From assembly GCA_016748015.1 (NCBI GenBank), contig JAAOMT010000109.1:269820-333819 (forward strand): DNA of 64,000 bases, given 5' to 3'. This document shows positions 13,201-26,799 of the stretch, piece after piece. The notes under the pieces are model-generated. The model had not been told where the DNA came from. It ran no database searches and saw only the letters and a program-made list of their open reading frames with translations. Position 1 is the first letter of the stretch. Every line of letters starts with the position of its first letter. This DNA is from Geosiphon pyriformis uo1. Taxonomy: Eukaryota > Fungi > Glomeromycota. The position numbers and the translations under genes were made by a program.

Positions 13201-13688
13201 CTCAAAAAAATTTTTGTTCATTAATTATTCATTATCTTTCATTCATATTTGACGGGATTTCACATGCGACATGTGATTGATCTTCAAAGCCAAATTAAGA
13301 AATCAAGGGCTGATTCAATTCTATTTATAATGAAATGGCCGAATGGTTAGACAAATGATGAAATCTATGCCATATTCAGGGAGAAGGAAATTTTTGTTGC
13401 AAACCTTACATTATCCTTAAAACCCGAATGTAGCAAAAGTTTCCCTAGCAATATGAGCTCAATTCCCGATACCCACAATTCCTAAATTATAAGTATAGGT
13501 CTTTAAAAAATGACTTTATACACGAAAGCTTTTGATTTTCCCCTCCCCATCACCTACTTCATTCTTTTTTAAAAAAAAATTCCCTGCCGTACGCTTAAAG
13601 CGCGTCGGCTCTTCTTTTTTCTCGTGTCGGAGGAGTTTTTAATCTTTGAGAGCAGCTAGACTGCCTTAATCGTGATATTTCTTTGCTT

Positions 13689-13764
13689 GTAGGTTTTAAT
13701 TAAATATAGTATAGAAGCTTTAGAAATCATTAAATGATCATTATTTGATTTTATAATTTTTAAG
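13689..13764 (+). other. Probable 5'-UTR intron of the DUF3712 gene
   Basis: GTAGGT...TTTTTAAG, a 76-nt AT-rich segment between two CpG-containing segments upstream of ATG 13982. Confidence 0.35.
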
Positions 13765-13981
13765 GCGAAACCTAATCTCTTGATCGAGAAACCCTTTTTT
13801 CAATCATATCAGCTTGAACTTGGCGCTTCGGCGTGTGAAGAAAAATTATAATATACCCACGGTTGTCATTACAATTTCACTCGTGGTTTAAAAATAATTA
13901 AAATCCATCATACACTGATTTTCTTTCGCATTGTTGACTGAATCCACGGAGATTTAGTCCGGAAATTTATAGACAATAAAA

Positions 13982-16799
13982 ATGGCTGCTGTTAATCAAA
14001 CCTACGGTATTGCTGTTAACCAACTGCCCCAAGCACATCACCAACTTGAAATGTCAAATTTTCAGCATAACAACGCCGGCAACAGTAATGATGGTGGGCG
14101 CCAGTCACCTTCACCTCATTCCTACCAAAATTCAAATAATGAAGCAGCAGAACAGGCGAATGATAGTGCTTATAGCGGTATTCTCAATGGCCTGCCAAAC
14201 AATAATTCCTCATCGATAGTATCTCCCCGTCCATACTATAACCCAAATAGTTCGAATACTTCTAGTAGAACGTCTTTGGATAGCAACCACGAACTTTTTG
14301 CCGATGTTAATGAAAATGGCTTGCCAAACTATGGCAGTACTGCGTACAACATTAACAGAAATACGACCGATTCAAACGTCCAACAAAAAACAACTGGGCA
14401 AAATGGAGATTTTTTGGACATTGGCGATGACAAACCAAAATATGGCAAGGGTTTCTTGAGAAATCGTAAAAAAGCTTGCTGTCTTATATGCTGCGGTGGA
14501 TTTTTGATTATTTTAGCAATCATGATCCCGGTTGCCATTTTCGTAATCGCCCCCGCAATTGCTCAGGGAGCTGTCACTGGCTCAAAATTGTCGTTTTCAA
14601 GTGCCAATCTTACAAACATAACTGAAGATAATTTTTTAATGAAGGTGAATGGTAAAGGTAAATAAAACCCAAAAGGAATATGCTCAAATTTTAATTTTCA
14701 AAAATTGCTTTGCATGCTCACTATTATTATAAATTTTTTAGTGACTGATACAGGACCTATGGCTGCAACTATCGAAGTACCTGATGGTGTCGAAGTTTCT
14801 TGGAATGGAACTGTCTTGGGAAGATTATCACTTGATGTTATTTCCGCTGCTCCATTTTTTGGTGCTGAAATCGATTCGTCGCAAATGTTTACAGTCCTAA
14901 ATAAAACCGCATTTGGTGAATTCAATAAATACATGTTGGTTTCCGAGGAATTCACTTGGCATTTGGAGGGTTTAGCAAATGTTAAAGCCGCCGGATTAAG
15001 TCTAAAAGGCATCAAACTTATCAAAGATGTAACCATGAATGGTATGGAAAACTTCCCGGATGTTGATATCGAGAGCTTTGATGCCCCATCTGATGATCCC
15101 CAAGGAGGTATCACAATTCAGATTATTTCCAATATGGTCAATCCTTCACCTATTGGGGTAGAATTGGGTGACCTTGAATTCGAAGTTCAATATAACAATC
15201 ACACGATTGGTGAAGTTGTTGCCACAGGAGTTACTCTTGGTAAAGGAAACAACAAGTTGAAGTTGAATGGCCGTTTGATCCCACAAAATTCCTCGGATGG
15301 TTTAGCCGCCGTCAGTGACATGTTCTCAAAATACATCGCCGGTGAAAATGCCAACACTTCGGTCATTGCAAAAAGTGTCAGACCCAGCAACAATTCCGTA
15401 CCCATTTCATGGTTACAAACTGCATTCGTCGGCACTTCATTATCGGTAGTTTTAAATGGTGCCAAAAATCTTAGTGTCATTAATAGCGTTGATCTAAAAA
15501 GCATGGATCTTGCCTTCTCTTCAAAAAATCCATATTCTCCTGTGGCTAGCTCTGAATCGTTACAAGCCTCATTTAAAATTCCGTTCGGTTTCCATTTGAA
15601 CATGAAAAAGATATCTCAAGACATAACAGTTTATGGAGGTTCGACCGCAATGGCAACACTTTCAATACCTTACGTTGATGCCATTGGTGACTCTGCTGTA
15701 GGGAAAATTGACTCCAGTATTCCAGCAACATCATTTAGTGTGATTCAAGGAGCAGAATCTGCATTTAACGAATTCAGTAAGCACCTGACAACAGACTCCT
15801 CGGTAGTAATGACCATGAAAGGAACAGCCAGCTCTATTGCTTCAACATCAATTGGTGACGTTGAGATCAAAGGAATCAAATTCACTATTGACACGTCATT
15901 ACAAGGACTTCAAGGACTTCAAAGCAAACCAGCTATTGTTAATTCTTTGAGCGTTATTGGAGGAACCCGCGATTATATGATCATTAAACTTTCGGTGACG
16001 CTCTTTAATCCTTCGAATGTTAAAATTACAATGGGCAATGTTGCTTTTGACCTTCTATATGATAACACAAACATTGGTCAAGTACTCATGAACGATTACA
16101 CGCTTGATCGTGGTGCCAATACAAATGATATCATTACTCATTTTTCACCAAAAGGCGACAAAGCCTTGGCAGCTGGACGAAAACTACTCAATGCTTTTAT
16201 GAAAGGGACCAGCAATACGGTTGGAATTAAGGGTAGCATGCAATCTACACCCATCGAATCCTTACAGAAAGCACTTTCAAGTCTTCAACTTTCAACCACA
16301 ATGCCTGGTTTAAATTCGGATAAACCGATTATTGCGAGATCACGGTTCACTATTAGTTTGGGCAGCCTATTTAACAAAAAGGGTACTGCGTCTGTTGATG
16401 CCTATAATCCATTAGATACCACTATCAAGTTTCTCCATATGAAAGCAACCATCACCTACAAGTCTCAAATTATTGGTACCCTTGATCAAGATTTATCTTC
16501 CGATCCAATTGTAATCAAACCCAAGGAAGTTTTAACGAGCAGAGATTTAGATTTTAATCTTCTAATCTCTCTGACTGCTGTACAAAGTCTGTTCGCTGGA
16601 ATAGCGGGTGATTTAGCAACCGATATTACCTCCACGATAATGCTCTCAATTGGTGATTATGTGACCGAAATTGACTATGGTAAGGAGCCTTAATTCATTG
16701 GAATTTACCGTTTTATAACAGAGACTAATATTCACAATTTCCTTTTTATCAGTTCAAAAACAAGTGCCAACGGGTTTAGGTCATGGGACAAAAGATTAA
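13982..16799 (+). CDS. Type II membrane protein with DUF3712 / LEA_2-like repeats (Tag1-like family)
   Basis: Exons 13982-14657, 14742-16679 and 16753-16799, in frame. N/S-rich N-terminal tail, RKKACCLICCGG then a TM helix, PAIAQ motif, repeated NPS/NPL-x-G-x-F beta modules (NPSPIGVELGDLEFEVQY, NPSNVKITMGNVAFDLLY, NPLDTTIKFLHMKATITY). Confidence 0.85.
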
Positions 16800-19413
16800 A
16801 TGGCTTGAAACAAATTCAAAAATCTTCTTTTTTGAAGATATCTAATTTATTGTATATTTTAATTCCGATAAATTAACTTCCATAATTGGAAATTTTTTTA
16901 TTGTGTCCTCAATTTTACCACATAATTTGGGTCCACAAATTTTTCTAATTTAACTCGAACTTAAATATAAACATTATTTGTAAAATAGTAAATAGATTTG
17001 ATTTCCTTAAAGAAATTGTGGCTACGTTTAGAAGTTAATATTTCTGGAAAAATTTTAATAAAATCAAAGATCCCCATTAATTAGAAAAAAGGATTATTTT
17101 CGAATAAAAATTTGCTAATTCAAATAATGAGTCAAAATAAAGATGAATAAGCTCAGGTTCCGAGGCGGGCCGAGTAGATTAAATTTCATAGAAACAATTA
17201 AAAGAATTAGTTAAAGGCTGTATATTTATTATTAATGAAGGATTGGCCAACTGTATTTTTTGTTTTAAAGTCCAAATTTCCCAGTAATCCTTATTAAATT
17301 TTTTCCCAAAACAAGTTTTAACTGTGTTTGAAAAGAACAATGGCAATAAAACCGAAAGGGTAATCTGAAACCCATTATTTTAATATAAATACATGGAAGA
17401 CATTTATTTTTTAAGAAAGTGGTTATCGACTATTATTTATTACAACTATTCACTCCTGAATTATTAATTCTCGAATACCCCTTAGGGGGATCTTGGTTAT
17501 AAATGAATAATTTAAAACTTAAAAAGTTTATGATAAAAGTCTTTTTAATCAATAACCATTATTTTCATTTTGAGATGCTCATTTTTTTTTAACGTCATGT
17601 TTCAAGAGAAAAGCTCTTTATATTCTCCTAAAAATCCATGGACATTTTTAAAATTCATTGAAAAGAGGTAGACTATCATTTTAAGTCAAATCAATGGTGA
17701 AATTAAAGGTACTTTGGACAGCTACCTACTCTGTTTACAATATCCGCTATTAATGAACTTATTTTAAATTCCATATTAAGAAAGAAATAGCATAGAAAAC
17801 TTTCAGGAAGAATAGTTTTCTTAAACCTTTTGTTTTTGTAGTGCCACATGGTTCAGAGTATAGACACAATAATTTTGATAAACATCTGCTGTGACAACTT
17901 GAGCTTATGAAGGATATTATTTTGTGCTACCAAGAATGGTGATCGTTTTGTCAACCATTCTGATAAAAAAAAAATAAAAAATTGTGTTTCAAAATTCATT
18001 TCCTTTTTATGAGTACAAAAAACTGAATATTTATGTAAAAAGAATTTTTTTCATGTAATAAATAATTAGATCACAAAAAACTGCTCACTGATTTGATGTC
18101 AAAGATAAATAAGACAGCAAAAACCCAATTATTTTTCATTAAAAATATCAAATGAATAAATAGTGTAAAAAACTAAATTTGAGATCTATAATAAAATTCA
18201 TCGAAATCACAAAGACGCTTTTTAAAATATATAATACTTTTAACTGGGTGAATAATAATAATAATTAAATTTAAAGAGTATTCCCATAATTGTTTAGATA
18301 TACTTTCGTAGCAATAATCGACATATGCGTTAGGACTTTATATAATTCAAAGCTATAAAATCATAAAATTATATTTTAAAACTGAAGTTTTTTTAAGATT
18401 TCAATTAATGAATTAAAATTAACATGTCAAATATATTTGAAATAAAAGTTTCACTTGGGGGGGGGGGGGGGGTTTATTTATGAATCTCGGAATGAAAATG
18501 ATTCCTTTTTTTTTTGTATTAATTTTGAAAATGTTCATTTTATAAATTTCAAAAATTAATGTTTTTATTTTCAATAATCCATTCTAGTTTTATAAAAAGT
18601 TCAGTAAATCACAGTAAATGCTTAACTAATTAATAATAGACAAAACACTAAAAAATCAAAAAAAAACCTGGAATAATAATTTATAAATCAAACAGTAAAA
18701 AGTTTTGACTCTTACAGTTATTAGAAATTATTTTATAATATTTTTAAATATTATAAAATATTTACATAAAAATATATGATTCATACAAAAAATTAATCAA
18801 AAATTTTTGTATGAAATAAATTCTATATAATAAACAAAATAAGCTTATTATGTTTTTGGCAAATTTATGATTGCTGAATTTTATGTTGAAATTTTTAAAA
18901 ACAATATTTAGAAATTAATTTATTGCATAAAAATTATTAAAAACTTTTGCAAGATAATAATATAAAATATAAAAGTTATTTTGTTAAAATATTCTTTCAA
19001 AATAATATTTTTAAAGTCATGAACTAGTAATTAAACAGTTTTAACTTGAATTCAATTCAAAAACTTTTGAATAATTGATAAAAAAAAAATGGAGAAAAGT
19101 GAATACCACAATATCTTAATAAATCAGAAAGATTTATGGCAGAAAAGTAAAGGGTAATGGAGAATGAATATGGAATTAATAAAATTTATTACCTTTAACT
19201 TTTAAATGAATTGTTTTTAGTATTGTTTAATATCTTTTTCATTATAGTTCTTTTTTCTACACTGTGCAAATGGGTGAGAAAAAATTTAAGAGATTTTTTC
19301 GAGACCGTAAAAAATTTTAAAAATTGCAACTTTGTAGTTATTTTCAATGACAAAAACATTCGTCTTTTTTAATTTATTATTTAGTTAAAGAGTGACTTGA
19401 GATGTATATACAA

Positions 19414-19745
19414 ATGGGTCGTTAAAAAAATACTTGATAAAAATGAGGACGCATTATTGGACGGTCTACTATTTTGTTAAAAATTGAATTAAAGTTTATA
19501 ATTAACCAAAAATAGTGATTATTGAAAAAAGAAATAATAGCGGTCGAAATATATTATTGATAAACGTTGTGAACGTCAAATTCTCCAGGAAATTGAAAAA
19601 ATTCCAGCAATAAAAAAGATGACGAAACATCTGCTTACTGCCGAAACGGCTAAATTAGACTAAAACCTACAAGCACTGGACCAAAAAGGATTAGCGACGT
19701 ATTCTTTGGACAGATAAATCCTCTATAAGTATGTGGTGTCATGAA
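19414..19745 (+). mobile_element. Tc1-like transposase relic A (N-terminal half)
   Basis: Decayed MGR...GRIIG start, SGR linker near 19540, HWTKKD*RRILWTDKS (the W..W..VLWSDES motif with the first catalytic D) near 19675-19722. Confidence 0.7.
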
Positions 19746-19769
19746 AGTGGTTTATCACTATAACTTTAT

Positions 19770-20111
19770 TATTGAAAAATAAACGTCTACCAATAGCTTC
19801 TTTAAAACGTTTTGGCATCGAGTGAATAAATTGAAGAATTTTCACTAATAGAATATAGTATTCCAAGCAGTAAAAACTGCCTCTTTCAAGTGAGCTTCAG
19901 TTGATGGCTTTTGGTTCTGGTGAATCAAATTTTTAACACTCATTTTGTATTGGACCAAGATCTAGCGATTGTGGAGACCATTCCAAAGTCACAATTCCAA
20001 GCTTATCTCGGAGTTTTTTCACAACCTTGCACTTATGAATTGGAGCGTTGTCTTCCTGAAATATTGCTTCTTTGGTGGTCACCTGTCTGTCTGTATTGTA
20101 CGCCCAAAAGG
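19770..20111 (-). mobile_element. Tc1-like transposase relic B (C-terminal half, DD34E)
   Basis: IFQEDNAPIH...EWSPQSLDLGPIQN with 34 residues between D and the E position (now Q), then LKEAVFTAW...HSMPKRFKEAI. Confidence 0.85.
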
Positions 20112-20194
20112 TAACATTTAGACACAAAAATTCTGATACTTTTTCGATCTACTTTGTTTTTTACAATTTATACACAAATAAAAATTATATCTAA

Positions 20195-21041
20195 TTAATA
20201 CTTTGTCGGCCTTTCATTTAGCTCCAATACTGCTTCAGTCCCCATTGGGCATTGAGGCAATAATTTCTTCGAGAACAAAAGTATGAAATTTCTTCCATTC
20301 CTCCTTTAGCGCAATTTTAAGTTCGACCACAGACTTCGGAAAGACTTCATGTTTTTGGATATTATCCTTCAACAGCTTCCAACTGGATTTAGATCTGACG
20401 AATTTGCTGACCCAGTTGATATTTGTAATTTTATTTTCCTTTAACTATTTTTTGAATTTTCTCGCAGTATGAATCGACGTGTTATCTTTCAAGGTAAGCA
20501 TTTGCATTTGTTTTCTTTTGGTATTAATATCAAAAATACTAATGATCCTTCAGTGTACCGCCAAACTCTTATCACTTTCCAATTTTCATACTTGTCTCAT
20601 CTGATATGATAAATTTTGCTTAATAGGGAACGGTTTTATTTTTATTTTTATTCATATTACCTAACACGTACGAGTATGAACATGTGTTTCTGAGATAAAA
20701 GATTTTTTGTCATGATACGTGAATGAAGTTCGATGTTGAAGAATACATTTGAAACAGTTGAAAGATTACATTTTATACCTAAATTTTTGACAATGTTATT
20801 GAGTGGTGCATATCGTTATTCTTTAGCTTTAGATACTAGTAAATCTTTTTCGTAGTTGCCAAGAATTTGTGGTCTTCAAGAAGGTGGTAGGTTTTCACTT
20901 TTTCCTATTCTCTGGTACTTGTTAATAAAGCGCCGTATTGTTGTAAGGTCACGTCCAAACGTTTTTACGATTTATGGTTTTAATGTATGCTAAAATATTC
21001 CTTTTTTCAATTTCGTTTAACTGTGTACGAGTGGGTATCAT
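20195..21041 (-). mobile_element. Tc1-like transposase relic C (degenerate, internally deleted)
   Basis: MIPTRTQLNEIEKRNIL start, FIISDET, KDNTSIHTARK, W-SANSSDLNPV, ELKIALKEEWKK...IIASMP...RPTKY*. Stops and frameshifts throughout. Confidence 0.82.
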
Positions 21042-23606
21042 TTTCTTAAACAACAATATTAAATGTTGAAGAGTCGTTAAACCTTGTTGGGTGTACTGTA
21101 AATCATTAGAACAGCTGCAAAATTATTTTTATAACATACACTTAGATTTAAAGATTTTTTGCCTTGAACTCAGTAATTTGAAAATATTTTATTCACAAAG
21201 TATGCCCAGATAAATTTTGATTAAGTAAAACCTTTGAAACTCTTTAAATTGATAGGATCAAAATCAAAATATATAAATGAAAACGCTCAATGTCAAAGTA
21301 GAGCTCATAAACTAAAGAAACGTCATATGCTTAATTATCAGCTGTCATATTGTTATAATTTTTGAAATTAAATTCTATTAATATATCTAAATTTAATTAA
21401 GATTTGAAAAAAGATGAAAAAAGAAATCTTTTGTACTTTGATCTTTGTAATCAAAAAACTAATTTGTATTGAGATCAAATATTGAAATAATATAATCATC
21501 AAAATTTTAATGAATCTTTTCATGATATAGAATCATACTCTTTCAAAAAATGGCCTTTATAATTCTTGTTCTCAACTTTATTTAAACTCTAATATTAAAT
21601 GATGTGAAAATGAAGTTTGGTACAAGTTACTTCAGATAAACAAAATAAAATAAAATAAAATAAAATAAATTAATTATGCAAAATATTGCACAATTTAAAA
21701 AGATTGATATTTCATCAAAACACTTAAGCGAATAATTTATGCATGTAAAATATGTTCTGAATTTATTTAAAATTTGATTTTGATTAAATATTTAAATATA
21801 GCAGTAATTGGATCATTTAAAAACAACAATTCAACCTGTATTTTATGGTAAAGATTTTTCGAGTAAAAAAATTTAAATTTAACCAATGAAGATTTGCAGA
21901 ATTTTATTCTTTCAATTATATATTTTTTTATGGTATTCAATATGATAAAGTAATTTTAGATTTTTTAATAAATTAATCAATCGATCTTTTGAATAAAATA
22001 TTATATTTTTAAAAGTTACTAAAACTTTGTTTTTTAATTACAAAGTAATCTTGAAATTTCATGAGTTAAGTTGTCACAAGGTTTTTCAAAAGGTAAAAAG
22101 ACACTACTAAAATAACTAGTTTAGCATTTGTATTTAAAAAAAAAGTATATTTTAAAGTTTAAAAACAACAAATTTTCAAAATTTGTACAAAAAATACTAA
22201 CCAATCAATTAATCAACCAATTAATAAACCTATGTTTTGATCTTTTGCTATAGATTGAAAGCAATTTTCATTTTTTTTTAAATAAGAATATAATATCATT
22301 AGCAAATTACCAAATTGTACAGTATAATTTTTTCTGCAAAAAATCTTTTTTAATACGGAAATTCCTGTAATTATTCATGATATTTTGAGTAACTTTCTGA
22401 ACAAATAAAATAACAAGAATTTTTTATAAAAATCTACAACAATCTATTAGTTCAACAAAATATTTGCTGCTGAATTAATTAATTTTATTGAGATACATGA
22501 TATTTATCAAGATTTTTTTTTTTTGAAATCAAGACTATATTGTAAAAACGAGATTTTATTTCAGAAAGTTCTATTTTGAAAACTGTTGTTTTGCCAAGAA
22601 CAAAAACTATTAGCATCTGATTAATAAGAAAAAAAAAGATAAAAAAAAAAAAAAAAGATTTAATATTAAGTGATAATGGTATTTAATCCTATTAATTTGT
22701 GAAAGAAATAAAGTTACAAAGAAAATTTTTAAAGTTTTTAAATCTACTCTTATTTGCAACTAATTTTCAATTGGATCAAATGATTAAACAAATGTGAACT
22801 CATCTTAATTAAGTTTTAAGATCTGTCACGCTGAATAAAGAAATTTTATTAATTACTTGTTAATTGAAAAAATATTATTGAAAAAAAATTGTGATCCCTA
22901 CGAAAAAGTATAATTACCTGCCTTTTAGTATCAAAATTTTTTTTTTGTATCATTTAGTTGGAAAATCTCAATTTTTAAACTTTTTTTATTTACACGCGAT
23001 CATAGACTAGTAATGTAACGTAAACATTCATTTAAAATAAACCTGCTTCGGAGAAAAATATTGCCATGGTCACCGGTTTGCCAATAAGTTAGGAAATATT
23101 ATTTTGTGTTATGTGTGAAAGAAGAAAATAAAAGTTTTTTTTGAAAAGAAAATTTTCACAGTTTTTTATGTAAAATGATTATGAGTATGTGTAAAATGAT
23201 TACGTGTATGTATATATACAAACTCAAAAAAATAATTTTAATATAAATATCGTTACACTTTAAAATCCCTCTCAAAATAAGTATTTGAAAAATAATACGG
23301 ATTAGCGCTTTTCAAGAAAATCTTTCTAAATAAACTTTTGATTAAAAATTATTTTGTTATCAAATTTCTGAACTTTGATGAATAATCTGAAAGAGATTAT
23401 GTCAAAGATCTTTTGATTACTCAAGAAATAATATAATTAAAAGTTAGATTTTAAAATAGAATAAACGAAAAAAATCAGTTAAAATCTTTGTTTTCAAGTA
23501 ATAAAAAAAAAAAAAAAGTTAAAAATCCTGAAAAAATCTTTTTAAACTTAAAAAACTCCGCACTATGTTAAGATTTCATTTCGCAAGAATTTTATTGAAT
23601 ACATGT

Positions 23607-23698
23607 ATCTAAAACCAAGATGAAAGTTTACCACTCCTACCCTTACTCATCTAAAACCAAGATGAAAGTTTACCACTCCTACTCTCACTCTTACCCTT

Positions 23699-23742
<44 letters not shown>

Positions 23743-23770
23743 CCCCACCCCCTCCTACCCCCCTCCTCCC
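23607..23770 (+). repeat. 42-bp direct duplication followed by (ACTCTC)n and a C-rich tract
   Basis: ATCTAAAACCAAGATGAAAGTTTACCACTCCTAC at 23607 and 23649. Hexamer run about 23700-23741. Confidence 0.85.
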
Positions 23771-24720
23771 TTACCAACTAATGACAAATCTGTGTCCCTA
23801 GTTTAACTGCATACAAAAAGGGAATATGATTCTTCTGATAGGATAACTTGAACCACCATTAGTTAATCATCTCACTTTAAATGTTCACTTTTTCAAATAG
23901 AAACTTTAAAACTTTCCAATTAAATATATGTTAAAAGATTATTTAAATAAGATCAGTCTAGACTGCTTTAAAATTAAAAAGATCAAAAGATCAGTTAAAT
24001 AAACTCTTGTGCATTTTAATTTTTGATAGTCAATCCTGATCTATGAATCTTAAAATTCTAATTAAAATACCCTGGCCGGGCATCATCAAATATAATAAAA
24101 AAAAAAGTTTAAAGAAAACCAAAATATTATAAAATAACCGATTTGATTGACGACAATATGTGCTAATCAATAAACTTAAAAATTAGAAAAAATAGTATCA
24201 TTCAATAATCTTGTTTTTATGAATTTTCGGGATTATCTTAACTTTTAAAATTGTGATCAAATTAATTAAACTTAGTTTAATATTAAAAGTAACTTTCATC
24301 CTATGCATCATAAGAGTTCTAAGAAATAAGCCGGAATAATTGTAAATTTTAACTACGTTCAAAATTAAAATAAATTTATAAAATTATTTAGACAAGATTA
24401 TTTTGAGCTTTTATATGTCTGGTCGGTTACAGTTGAGTACAAATTGACAGCCCGTGCTTAAAACCCAAATTCTTGTATTTAAACTTTAATCCTTGCAGGA
24501 TAACATTCATACAAGTGAAGAGAAATTGTTTACCAACAAAAAATTCAATATTAACGCGTTTTTTTTGTAATTTTATAAATTAGTGGAATTGCATCCACTT
24601 TTTCAAAAAGTTTTTTTTTTCTTTAATTGAATCTATTTGAAATTTTTTCCGAGAATAACTTATTATAATTACTGTTCGAAACGATTAATTTTATATATTT
24701 TGAAAATCAAAGTGGTGATA

Positions 24721-26067
24721 ATGTCATCCACATTTTTAAACGTTCAAAAAAGCAATTCAGAAACAATTTCGGCCAATTTCGACGGGTCTAATATTCGACA
24801 GATAAGAAAAATTGCAAAGCCTAAAACGAAATCGTCGAAAAAACAAAAGAGTTCAAAAGTAGAATCTCTTTCTAATTCGTTACCTACGTTCCAAAGGGAA
24901 CTTTATGCTGTTAGCAACAAATCTACGATTCCAGGAGCAATTTCACAATTTGTGTAAAAAAAAATTTTTATTTTTATTGATTTTCGAATCTCAAAATTAT
25001 TATATTCTAGAATTTGCAAATTAAATAAGAGTCCCAGTTTTCTTTAAATTTAAAAAGTTACACAAAGCAACTTGATACAATTAAATTTATTTATATTTTG
25101 TACTTAGGAATTCTGAAAAACTGATATATTCATTAGAAGTTGTTCAGCAACCTGTTCGAGGTCGTATGTCAGGATTTGCAATTCGGGTAAAGAAGAGATC
25201 TTTTAAATAAAAAGATTAAATTGATCAATTCTTGGTTTACTAGCTAAAACTTTATTTATTAGGATTTCAGACCGATTACTCCTTCACCAGTTGTGAAGTT
25301 AAAAGCAATTACATCCTCGGGTGAAAATGTTGACATCCTGTGAGAATAAAAATTTTAACTTAATTCATTGATCTTTTATCTCTAATCATACATGAATTTC
25401 ACATCTTGAACTCTAAAATATGTAGCAATATTGATGATTCATTATTTATTTTACATGCTGATCTTTTGGCTCGAAGGGAAAAAATATTTGAGAATGCAAT
25501 GACTGTCCTTCCCTTTCCAAAATATAAGGAGTCATTGGAAGAATATGAATTCAAACCAATGGATAATCTCATTGGAAACCATGTTTCATCCCCGTTAAAA
25601 ATTAAAGATGAAAAAGGTGAAATGGGGATATACTTTATCTTTTCTTTCAGTGTGAGAATGGCAGGAAAATATAAGATTAACTTTAGTTTAATACGACTTG
25701 GAAGGTAAATCTGGATAAGATTAAAGTTTTTGAATTTGAATTTCATCTTTTGAAAATCACTTTTTTTTTTTTTTTTCTTTTTTTTTTTTTAGTGAGGGAT
25801 TCGAACAACAAAAATCCTTGATAACTGATAAGATCGATGTTATCACTGAAACAATTTCCGAGGAATTTGAAATATTCCAAGTAAAGCAGTTTCTGGGAAA
25901 TATAAGTAAATTTTAAATTTCAAGTTTTTACAACTTTTAATATTTAAAATTACTACTTAAATTTTTTCTTTTTTTGTCCTAAATAAATAGAGACTACTCC
26001 TTTAAATCGAGCGTTCGCAAGTCAAGGGGTACGAATAAGTGTTCATAATCGTGGAAAGACACAATAA
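24721..26067 (+). CDS. Velvet-domain protein (divergent velvet-family regulator)
   Basis: Six exons: 24721-24953, 25108-25186, 25263-25339, 25426-25704, 25793-25905 and 25991-26067, all GT-AG and in frame. Motifs YSLEVVQQPVRGRMSG, DFRPITPSPVVKL, NLIGNHVSS, GIYFIFSFSVRMAGKYKINFSL, SEEFEIF..KQFLG and TTPLNRAFASQGVRI match the velvet consensus in order. Confidence 0.88.
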
Positions 26068-26479
26068 AACTATAGGCCATTTTTTTTTTTTAAAAAAAAA
26101 GCATTTTATTATGCTCCATAAGACATATAATTTTTATTCTCTTTTTCAAAATTTGTGTGCAAAATCTAATTGCATTTTTATGCTTTATAATTTATCAACT
26201 TATAAATTATAAGAATTATAGACTAAAATACGAGAAAATAAGTTTCAATTAAGATTTTTATATATATTATGTATCTCTAGTATGATTTTTCTTAAATTAG
26301 ATAACCGAATAAATTTTGTCCTTTCAAATAATACATCTATAAATTGTTTTTGCTCACAAATATTCATTATCTATAAACTTTTTTTTAATTGAAATATTTA
26401 ATTCAATCTAATTTTCAAATGGCCTTATCTAAGTAACAATAAATCATTTATGGCAAACGGACCAAATCATAAAAGTTCC

Positions 26480-26506
26480 ATAATAATAATAATAATAATA
26501 ATAATA
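26480..26506. repeat. (AAT)n microsatellite
   Basis: Direct read. Confidence 0.85.
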
Positions 26507-26799
26507 AATGATATCCGGAAAAATTTATTTCATTTGCCTCCCTAAAATGAATATATTTCCGGATTGACAGAGACTGTTTCCTTTAAAAGATTTTACCAGA
26601 TATACATGTTTTTCCAATAAAAGATAACGGAATTTAATTGTTTATTTTTCAATTTGATTTATGAAACAAATTCATTAAATTTTGTATTTTCATTGGAAAG
26701 AAAATACATATTTTATCAGACAATCTCGTATTTTTTCAATATTCCAAAAATATTGAAATAAATTTTTTTAGATTCTTGCCTCAGAAATTATCATAAAAA

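Noticed and set aside
14010-15603. Overlapping and antisense ORFs inside the DUF3712 gene (likewise inside the S28, velvet and BTB genes)
   Set aside because: Alternative-frame shadows of well-supported CDSs, with no motifs.
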